A stretch of DNA of 64,000 nt from Podarcis pityusensis (Eukaryota), in NCBI GenBank assembly GCA_964106645.2, contig OZ067043.1; one strand, written 5' to 3'. Positions 53,760-64,000 of this stretch are shown here, piece after piece. Every line of letters begins with the position of its first letter. Within the stretch, counting starts at the first letter, position 1. A program made the translations under genes and the position numbers. Below the pieces are notes generated by a model. It ran no database searches. It saw nothing but the letters and a program-made list of their open reading frames with translations, and was not told the DNA's origin.

Positions 53760-55197
53760 AATGCCTCTATACTGCAGAGTAGACTGTACCTGGAAGGGGG
53801 GAAAGGAGAAAACAGACTTAAGATTAATTTTAATTGATATTACTTTGGTTAAAAAGGACACTGTTTCCACAAAATATAGCCAAGCATATTGCAAACACTT
53901 GGCACTAAGAAGTGCAACCCTTAGCCTAATGAAACGTATAGTTTTTCATGTGGAGATGCGTATCCTGCAGTACAGAAGTTGCTGTTATTTTGCCACCCCT
54001 TGAACTTCCATCAGCTGACATAACTCTTCCACTCACCATGGTTTACCATTCAGTTTGCTTTAGCTGGAAAGCAGAACCAGCAAGCCTCTCTGACACTTAA
54101 GAATGTGCTTTTAATAGTTACTTTCCATTTTTATCCAGAATGTAACTTTGGTTCCTATTATGGCCACTGGAAACAGCTCATGCAACTGACAACACTGGAG
54201 TGCAGTAATATTATTGTGGTGTCAGAGTGTACTGGCACTTCTTTCTCAACTATCGCTCAGACCAACAAAGAGCCACCTCTCATGAACTGACTAGTACACA
54301 GAAGCTGCTTGAAACCTCTTCCGTGCAGAAAAGCCATGCACTTCCACAAGCTTGCCATGGTGATTGGGTCTCATCACACATTTTAGCTTCACCTTACTGA
54401 AAAATATTCAGGAGAGGGAGCACAGAAAAAGGAAGAAGTTGAACCTCAAAGAGACAGCAGCGCACCATGTATCCCAGGGAGGCAACTCCAAGCACCCCAC
54501 ACAAAATAAGTGCATGCTAAGGAGCAGGCATGGGTTAGGAGACTTCATTCTGTATGTTAAGTCAGTATTGCACTTGGGGAGGCAGTTGCACATGACCTGC
54601 CACATTTACCTTGGTTCTTCTCCCCCTTGCTGCTGCCCTGGGTTTCCGCCTTCTAGCCACAAAGGTCTATACAAGTAAACCCTTCTCAAAGGCTAGAAGG
54701 TGCACCCAGTTTAGTTGCCCACAGTGAAGTATGGTAACTTCAGAGAGACTATATGGGAAGATCCAGTTGCTGCCATATTGAGACATGAATGAAGGCTCTT
54801 TTGTGCTGTTTTCACTCTACATATGTTATTTGAGTATTTCAGTTGAGAGGGTTGTGGTTATTTTTGCTTTTGATGTGGTTTGCTATATACCGTTAGCCCC
54901 TTTAAGCCATCTCCACTGGACTGGGAAAATGAAATAGAAATTTTAGTATAATGTAGATATAGAAGTGCATTGTAAACCACCCTGGAATATTTATGAGGTG
55001 TGGTATATAAATGCCATAAATAAATAAAGAGCTGCTTTGTTTTGGCTTTAAGCCTTAGAAGAAACACTAGTTAATAGTTCAGGAAAGATATTAAAATGGG
55101 ATAATATGGCAGTGAATTTGCTGTATACAGACAATGCTGGAATAAAGGCACATTGTTTCTAATAGAGTGCTGCATATAAAAGCTATAATGCGTACAC

Positions 55198-56579
55198 CAG
55201 GGGTCCTCAAACTATGGCCCGCCAGGGTCCTAAATCCGGCCCGCCCAACCATTGCAGAACCTGCCGCGAAGCTGTTGAGGAGACTCAACGCGCTTTGGAG
55301 AGCTTGCACCATGGTGCCTTTAAGCAGAGCAGGCGAGAGGGAAAGAGGCGGGTCAGGATTTTCCCCCTCCTGGCCTTGCCTTCCAGCCTGTCTCTCCCCA
55401 CATGTGTCCGCCTCCCTCGATCCCCAGCCACCATGCTGCTTGCTTGCGCCCTGTGCTCCATCACCCCCTCCGCCATAGCATGCCACCCGATCCAGCGCCA
55501 GCCACTGTTGTCCTTGCAGTCCAGCTCAGTGGCTCCAGCCACCGCCTCCTCCAGGCAGCTCGCCCTCTGTCTCCTGCACCTGCGGTGGCCTCCACACTGA
55601 TGGTGAGCTACGCACGGAGGGGGAAGAAGGTCACTCACAAGGAACGCAGGGCTCCGGCGCTTACTCATGAGGAAGCCCCCCTTGGGGCCGCTGGAGATTA
55701 TGTCCAAGGAAAAAGACGGCCACCATCATCCTAGCGAGTTTTTGTCCTGGGAAAAGTGCTCGGGGGCTGGGCTGTGATCCAAGGCGTGTTTGCTTGCGAG
55801 GAATCCCCTCTCGGCATCAGGTTGCTCACGAGTAAACGTCTGCCTGCCATCCAAGAGGAGCCCAGGCGGAGGCAGGCTTTGAAAAAAAATGGGTATGGGT
55901 TCATCCGAATCCTGCCCCCCAAAGCGGGACTGAGCAGTTACTGAATTTCCATCCCACATTTTTTCTCTCAAAGATCAAGGTCTGTGGTTTTCGCCCTCCG
56001 CATTTATTCCTTGCAACTCCCAATGAGACACAATCAAATCAAGCAGCCTTAATAATTTCAATGCATCTCTCCCCTCTGAGACATTTCTTAATCTCAGGAA
56101 CCATGCACTCAAAATTGCAACCATCTTTGGCAGCACCTATGTCTGTGAACAGATTTTTTCCCAAATGAAACATCTGAAATCTCCAACCAGATCCAGACTA
56201 ACTGATGAACACTTGCATCACTTGCTACGACTAGCAGTGACAAATATGGAACCGGATATTGACCATCTCATTAGCCAAAAACAGACCCATACTTCCCATT
56301 GAAATACTTATAAGTTTATGATTCAAGTAGGTAGCTGTGTTGGTCTGATGCAGTCAAAAAATAAAATAAAATTGTTTTTTAATTTTTATAAGTTTATGTT
56401 GATTAAAATCATTCTTCCTTTTAAATATTGCATTTTTCCTGTTTTTTGTGCACTACAAATAAAATATGTGCAGTGTGCATAGGAATTCGTTCATATTTTT
56501 TTCAAACTATAGTCCGGCCCCCAACAGTGTCTGAGGGACAGTGAACCGGCCCTTTGTTTAAAAAGTTTGAGGACCCGTG
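55198..56579 (+). mobile_element. Non-autonomous hAT (Charlie/OC1-like) DNA transposon, 1382 bp
   Basis: TIRs caggggtcctcaaact / agtttgaggacccgtg (15/16); 8-bp TSD gcgtacac / gcctacac (7/8); contains a transposase C-terminal remnant. Confidence 0.9.
56027..56302 (+). pseudogene. hAT transposase C-terminal (dimerisation domain) remnant
   Basis: Open frame ...ASLPSETFLNLRNHALKIATIFGSTYVCEQIFSQMKHLKSPTRSRLTDEHLHHLLRLAVTNMEPDIDHLISQKQTHTSH*, with the FGSTYxCEQxFS / RSRLTD / terminal SH signature of Charlie/SPIN/GTF2IRD2-type transposases; no upstream catalytic region. Confidence 0.9.
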
Positions 56580-59500
56580 GCCTACACTATGCTAGACATG
56601 GTCTATGCAATGATCAGCAGAACCTCATGAATGATGCATCGTATCCATGGAAAATGTAGCAGAGTGACCAAATGTATTACAGTAGGTTATATACCTGGAA
56701 CTTCACAAACAGCTCAACTAGTCATCTTGCATTTCATGTGCTTATGCAAAAGGATACCTCTGTGATTCTGGTAGTTAAGTAGTGTGTATACTTGCCACAT
56801 TAAGAAAGCCTGTCTCAAAAACTACTAATAAGCTGTGTCCCTTCAGTGCCAGTCACTATGTTGACATAAAACTGGTTAACTTCTAAAAATGGAACTGGCA
56901 GAACTCAGGAATCCTTGGAACTTGCATCTTCTGATCTGCCAGCCCCTAATCCCAAATGTATCTAAGCCTGCTCACTATGCTTGGCCATGTATATTAGAGA
57001 AGGAAACATATCAGAGGTACTACTTCCCCTACAAGTCTAAAAGAAAAATCTGCAGTAGTGAAATAGATTTTCTTCCTCTTTTGAATAGATGTCTATCTTC
57101 CACTCAGCACCAAAAGGAAAGAGTTGGCAGAAAGTGGCCTTTCAAACAGGACTGCCATAAAATTGGGAGATGTATATAAATAACATTTATCCAAAGGGGC
57201 GGGGGGAAGCTGAACTAAAATCCTTTTGCAGTATAACCTCCTCCCACAAATATATTCTTTCACCTTTGTCACAAACAGAGAAAGTACTGTACTCAGAACA
57301 AAGCTGATACATTCAGAAGGATATCCTCCACTCCCACACACTTCCTAAGGAATCAACTTTTATTTCCTGGACAAGAAAATGGCTTACAGCCAGAAATTTC
57401 CTGTGTGGAAGAATAGGAAACGGTCATATGCTTGTCACTTCTCTGTCAGAAGGACTGTACATTAGGATGGTAGACATTCCAACTAGTTCAGGATAATGAA
57501 GTATAAAATGCCGCCTTCTGACAAGGAGAGAGCAGTCCCACATCCAGAGGATCACTAAGGAGCAGGAGTAGACTTAGAGCAAGAATATTCATTTGGTCCA
57601 GGGTGGGGGAGGAAATTAAGACATTTACTGGGGGGGGGGGTTTAAAAAAAGTTTCTTCTGCTTTGTACTTGCTGTCCTACTTGCAACCACTTCTTTTGGT
57701 TTTCATATGCATTTCTCAGATGCGAGGAGTCAGTTGTAGACAGGAGAGCTAAGCCTGTCATCACCTTCTCTCTTTGAAGCCAGCTACTGTGATCCTTGAG
57801 TCTACAGTTGCCTCATTCTTCTCCACTCCCACTCTTATTCTTAGCAACTTCAATATCCATATTGACTCACATTCTGAATCTTGTTCAGCCCTTCCTCACA
57901 CAAGTTCTTTTGCTTTCACCCACTCTTCTATACACCAATTTATTTTGCGTTGGCAAAACAAGACTACAGCCTGCCTAGTCGTTTGTTTTTAATGTCTGCT
58001 AGACCCCAAGTCAGTTTACCAGTGGCACAGAATGAAATGCCACTCCACCAGCCACCATTGAGCCAAGTGCTCCATAAACTGTATAGAGTGCTCAGACATT
58101 TCCTAAGAACTCCAATCTGCTCAGACCAATGGTGGCTAGAGGAAAGGAGCTTTGTTCAGCATCATTACCAATGGTAAACTGGGCTGGGAGCTGGAGCGTA
58201 GCATCACAGTGCTGGGCAGGGCAGAGTGGTTTAAACCTCTCCGCCCAGCTGAGCACCACAATGGGAAATAAAATACTCCATGCTCCTCTGTTGATCTTCA
58301 CAGATCAGCTGAGCTGCAAGAAGGCAGAGGATATGCAGTGTGATCATGCCATGTTTGGTCTAAACAGCCCTGAGTGGAGGGTGTGACAATGAGGAAATGT
58401 GACCCTTGGACCAAAAAAGGTTCATCACCCAGTCTTAGATCTTGCAATATGAAGAAATGAATTGATTGTTAGTCTTCATTCTGCTCGTTTTCCTCTCTCA
58501 AATCATTTTGTTTGCTTTAATTACTTCCATTTAATTTTTCCTGTGCACTAATGCAACACGTTTTCCTCTTCCTCCCCCTGTGCATCCTAAAAATATGCTC
58601 CAGAGAGTGCTCCAGCTGTCTGAAGTGGATTTGAGAGTTGGGGAGTGGGGAAAGTTCTGCTGCACAAGCAGAAGTTTGCTGCACTAGCAGAACTGCAGTG
58701 TTGGACATGTCCAAAAGTTTCTGAACCCTTTGAGAACTTCATTTTCTACACTTGGATATCTGTGGGAACTCATCAGTCTTTTCTCTTGCAATCTCCTTAT
58801 TCTGCAGTTGTGTATTTTGTGTTCTGAATGGTCACACATTAGACTATTTTGCTCTGGTTTCCGTCATACAACTAATATTCTGCTTTAGCAGTCTCCCTTT
58901 TTATCTTATTTTTATTCCTACATCAAAGCTGCTGAACATCTCTGCAAATCTCAGTAACTCCACTCATTATGAATTCATGCGTTCATTCTGCTCACATGCT
59001 TTAATTCTAAGCAATATTATTCATCTTGCCTTATTTTTATCAGTAAAAGTGCTCTCTTTAACTATGCTCTTCTTCGTTGGGTTGCAATATTCTGATATAA
59101 TTCTCTGTCACTCTTGCCGAATCTTCATCCTCCTTTTGCTATTCTCTATATTCTGCTTCTGACAACATTCTTCTTTAGTTAATCCCACCACTACCTCTTT
59201 ACTTTATCCAGTATATCTCTTGTTCTGTCCCCGCCTTCCTGTCCTTTTCTCCATTTCTTTCTCTCTTCTGGTGTTGTTCCCTTTGCTTTTATATACGCTA
59301 TGCTATTTCCCCTGATACTTTAAAAAGCCTTCTGAATCCTCCTCCTCCCTAGAACTGTTATTCTTTTTCTGTTCTCTCTTTCATTCCTACACTTCAACAA
59401 CCAATGCCTCAGCTGTGTTTCTCCAATTCCCCTTTTGACACTTCCCAATCTGGTTTTTGCTCTGTGTAAACTGAAGTTTTAAAACTGCTTTTCTGTTTAA

Positions 59501-59699
59501 GGTATCCTCAAAATAGCATACAATAAAACAAAGTAGCAGAATTTTCAAAAACCATGTTGCTTTATTAAGAAAAGACAGACAAGATAAAATTTTGAGCAGC
59601 ACAGAATGAAGCAAAATCAGCCACAGAAAAAGTCAGCCGCATCAAAACTACCAAATACAGGAGGGGCAACTAAAGGACATATTAAAGGACAGAAAATAG

Positions 59700-59875
59700 T
59701 GATGAAAAATTAATAGGGGAAGGAGGAAGTTCCAGAGTCTGGTTGCTACAACTGAGAAGGCATTGTTCCACATTCCCAACTGCACTTCCCAGCCACAATT
59801 GTGGAACACAGAACAGGACCTCCCCAGGGACCTCAATAAGTGGGTGGGATCATTAGAACACGTAGTCCTTTAAAT
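59700..59875 (-). mobile_element. Old L2 LINE fragment
   Basis: ggaagttccagagtctggttgctacaactgagaaggc pattern, homologous to the L2 3' regions at 1733-2070 and 3800-4135. Confidence 0.45.
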
Positions 59876-61267
59876 ATGCTAATTATAAATCGGCTAAGCC
59901 ATAGGACAAACCTTGGTTATAGTTCATGGTTAGTCTGGAGGGAGCTTAACCTTCAGATGACACGATAAGCCACACTATGGCTTAGCACAGCACTGCACAG
60001 CAGTGAAATGACTGGAAAGGAGCAAAGCGGCCAGAATCTGCCCTGTGGGAACCACTAGGTTTATGCTTTACCAGTATTTGGCTTAGCATGACATGCAATG
60101 CTTCTCTTCACGGTCTTCCTTTACTGACCCAATTAAGTTTCAATTTACAAGTATTTTCCTGCTCTTACCCCTTATCTGTCTTAGTTACTTTTTCCTTTCT
60201 CCCTTCATTCATGAAATGATATTATTATTATTAAACCTTCATTTCCTTGTGCCATTTCCTGTGCAGATGACATCTCTTTCACTCCCCTGGCCCTTGATGC
60301 ATGAAATTCTCTCCTCTCAGCAAGCATCCTCTTGTCCTCCTTTAATATAAGCTCATCTCTTCTCTGTTGCATTTCCCCCCTGGTGTCATTCTATTTTTAT
60401 ACCCTTCTTACTGTTAGGCTAATTATTATACAGGTTTTACTGTAACTGTCGGCTGACAGAAAGAAAACACCAGCAGAATAGGGAGGCAGGCAAGTATCAA
60501 TACTCCCCCCCTGCAGTACCACACATACCTAAATCTGTTCTGAAGGGTTGGGGGACTCTTTAAACCCAATTTAGGGGGCATTGCAGCAAGCAGGGAGGGA
60601 ATTATTTCCCTCCATGCCCAATTGGTGTACTACTTGTGTAAGCAGACAAGATCTATTGGATGCCAACAGATTTTTCTTCACTTTAAAGTTTGTACACTAC
60701 ACATTAATTCAACTTTAGAAATAGGCAGAAATAGAAACATAATTCATCTTTATTAGCTAAGCTTAGAAGTGACCAAGCACATGCATGTAGTCCAGTCTCT
60801 CAGTGTGCTGTAGTTTGGTCCCCATGGCACCCACTCTTGCTGTACCACATTAAGTTAACTGAACATAGTTGCCTGTTTTGGCTGAAATAGGAAATGGTCA
60901 TTAGCAGATTTCAAATAAGCCAGGAACCTAAAACTGTATTTTGAAGTTAGTCTAGAATACCACCTCATTCCAAACTAGGCAATGTTTCCCATTTCATATG
61001 AAACAGGCAACTATGATCAATTGAGCACTTCCTGGCTCACTGTGGTACACCAAGAATGGGAGCCATGGGGCTAAGTACAGGGGCAAGAAGGTCTGTGCAT
61101 ATTGAGCCATGGTATTATCGTCCAAACACAGCCACTGTTAATTTGTTCCCTAACATCCAAAATCCAAACATCAGTAATTATAGCCTAATGGAGAATTTAA
61201 TAATGTACTGAAATATTGTGTGTCATCTTGCTTCCTTGGCAACCTCTTCAAACACGTAACATGGATG

Positions 61268-61405
61268 TAATAGGGAACCTATGGTCCTATAGATATTGTT
61301 TGACTCCAACCCCATCAGTCCCAGCAGCACGGCCAATGTTCAGGGATGGCAGTAGTTGTATTCAAACAACATATGAAGGTCCACACTCCACAGGTTCCCC
61401 ATTGC
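61268..61405. mobile_element. Degraded hAT-type MITE (family of 7736-7871)
   Basis: ggggaacctatggtcctatagatattgtt-like left arm ... aacaacatatgaaggtccacac...caggttcccca. Confidence 0.55.
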
Positions 61406-64000
61406 ACACTTTGGGGGAACTTCACAGAAGGCCCAAGGACAATTAGCGCTATGTACTGAAGGGCGATCAGAGAGCCAAAAGAGCTTGAGAAGCAGAACGG
61501 TTGAGACCCAAAAGATAGGAAAGAAGAAAGAAGAGGATGGAGTTTAAAAAACCCCAAACACCAGCAGACCCTGTACTAACACCTAAAATTCTTAACTCCC
61601 CAGCTTTAGAGCAGGGAGCTGGTGAAGAGGGCCAGTACATTATGGAGAAGTTGATGACATATCTTGCACACAGAGCTGTAGGAGAGGCTACTCCGTTATT
61701 ATTTGATTTGTATTCCTCCTTTCAACCTGAGAGTTCCCAGGACAGTTGATGTGAAGGGAGGCAACAACATATGTAACTTACTTGACCATGCCCAAAGCTT
61801 CTCCTAGTCCTACAGAATAGTTTTGGTTGTGTGTGTGGTTTTTTTTAAAGTAATAAAGATTTAATTAAATCTGCTGGCTTTTTCCAAACAAAGTTTGTAG
61901 AGCCTTGAGGGCAAGCCAAGTATTTTCTTTTCGGAGTTGGTTCCTTTTGGCTTTGAATGTAAGCCTTTCCTATAGAACTCACCTAAGGAACATTTTAACT
62001 ACTACTATTTGTTTATTATTGTTCTGATTATATTGGAGCCAGGATAGTATTTCTCAGCTTTTAAATCTCCATATATACGACCAAACAGAGCCACTCACTT
62101 CAATCCTAAACATATTTACCAAGCAGTCTGTCTGCTTGAAATCAACAGACTTCACACAACCCAAACATTTACATAAGTATAATATAAAAACAAAAATGTA
62201 GTAAGAGCAGAAACACAACCTTTTTTGTGAATGCCTACCAAGATAAATGGTTTCGTACACCTTCAAGAAGGCAATGAGATTAACAATGTACCTCTTGGAA
62301 ATGGGTAATACTTAGGGCCATTACAGTATGGACACTACTTCTAGTCTACCCACAAAGGGAAGAGGATCATAAGAGCATGGGATCTACAGAGTGCAGACAG
62401 TATGGAGGTTCAAAACAAGAGGGGGAGTCTCTCAAGTATTTAGGTCTCAAAAAATGAAAGGCTTTAAAGGGCAAGTGCCAGAAGCTTAAGCTGGACACAG
62501 ATGCAAACAACAAGCCAATGTATTTGCCACATCTGTTGAATATGCTCCCACTTCCCTGTCAGGAAATTAGTAGTGGCATTCTGCACAATAGTCTAACAGG
62601 CAGATTCACATAACTGCATTACAGTAGTAAACCTTACATGTTACAAAAAGCAGATAAATAAAGCAAGATAACTGACCTCCAAATATGCACAGCCTAAGCA
62701 TTAAACATAATTGACAAAAAGCATTCCCGGCTTCCAGCTTATCTGGGGTCTTAAGTTTATAATACAAGAAATGCATCCACATGTTGCATTATTTTTCTCA
62801 AACGCTGAGTTTTTCTTATATATTTGCATAACTGTTCTCTTGTTCTTGTTCATTATGTCTGCTACCATTACGCTTGCAAAAGAATAGTGCTCCAGAGGAT
62901 TCCTTACTTAGTGCATTGTATTGTTATGGGAGGGGAGGGAGTATGCAAAAATGCCCCTTCAGCACCACACCATAAAGGTAGACACCTTCCCCATTCTCTC
63001 TTACAAAATTTTACTATGGTATATTGTGCTCCCAAACAAAGATCTCCTTTTTGCTCTTCTGCATTTTCACATAACAAGAACAATGACACATACTCTCTGG
63101 TATACTTATTTTTGATCTGCTTCATGTGGAGTTTTTTGTTCATAGATGTACAACCACACTGCTTTGCCACAGCAGAAATACCACAACTGCATGTTTTTGC
63201 AAGAGCAACAACCCCACCCCATTGCTTTGTATTTTGATATTTTGAATGTTTGTTGTAAGCTGCTTTGGGCACAGCTCACACATATATTCAGAATGGCATG
63301 TAGACCACTGAAGGGATATAGAGTGGGAAGAAATGCTATTCAGCTAATCCGCAATAATTATCTTAAGTTATTTTATGTATGGTCTTTCAAGAAGTGTTAC
63401 TATTCTGAGTACTTTTTCCGATTGGGTTGCTGAGGGCTGAAAATGGCATATGTGCACATGATCTGAGCCTATAATTTGCCAGGTTCTTAGGTTAATTGCT
63501 GCATTTTTACTTTTATTTTTTAGAACTTCAAAACAAAACATAAACCAATATATAACCACATACAAATTCATAGGTATTGTGGGCAGGATTCTACTTCTAC
63601 TTTCATAAGGACTTCTACTTGCACAATGAGGCTTTCTCCTCCTGCCAATGAAATTGGCTTGGGGGGGGTCAGGAAAGCCCCCAGAACTGCATGGGGGGAA
63701 TACAATTCTTGCACAGATAGAACAATCAGAAGAGTGCAACACTGAATTCTTTTTTATGAATATGTCCGAGGTATTACATTACCAGGTTTTGAAAAGCAGT
63801 CCTTTTGCAAACCTGTTTTTTTAGTAAAAACAGGATCTTCATAGCAATAACTTTAAAAAACAACTAAATTGGGGAAATCAGCGAGTAGAGTAACTGGCTG
63901 TTTGCCTTCAGGCATGAGGCAAAACAGCAAAATCCTGTCAGTAAGAGTATAACTTCTAGCTTCAAAGAAGCCAGGATTTCAAGTTAGGTTTTCAAACAAC

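Noticed and set aside
55091-55971. Cluster of overlapping 60-140-aa ORFs
   Set aside because: They lie within the GC-rich transposon interior, where stops are rare; no protein motif.
56600-64000. RALGAPB promoter or first non-coding exon
   Set aside because: No CpG island or convincing first-exon donor here; it probably lies beyond the window end.

Overview
Eukaryotic (vertebrate) genomic DNA. It is almost certainly from a squamate reptile, probably a lacertid lizard, judging by a full-length Sauria SINE and lizard-type MITEs. The window is dominated by one minus-strand gene, RALGAPB (Ral GTPase-activating protein beta subunit). I traced 29 coding exons by hand from ATG 53759 to TAG 13848. 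They sum to 4491 nt (1496 aa plus stop) with consistent splice phases and no stops, so the gene looks intact. Two introns have GC donors and the last two have AAG acceptors. A long, TE-poor putative 3' UTR runs down to about 8650. The non-coding first exon and promoter appear to lie beyond 64000. The remainder is intronic or intergenic DNA with transposon relics: a 1.4-kb non-autonomous hAT (Charlie/OC1-like) element that keeps the transposase C-terminus, Tc1/mariner and hAT MITEs, SINEs, and L1/L2/CR1/Penelope fragments, plus microsatellites and two N gaps. Almost all other entries in the ORF track are chance ORFs. I found no convincing previously undescribed biological system. The most interesting items are splicing and polyadenylation oddities in RALGAPB and a few transposon insertions.
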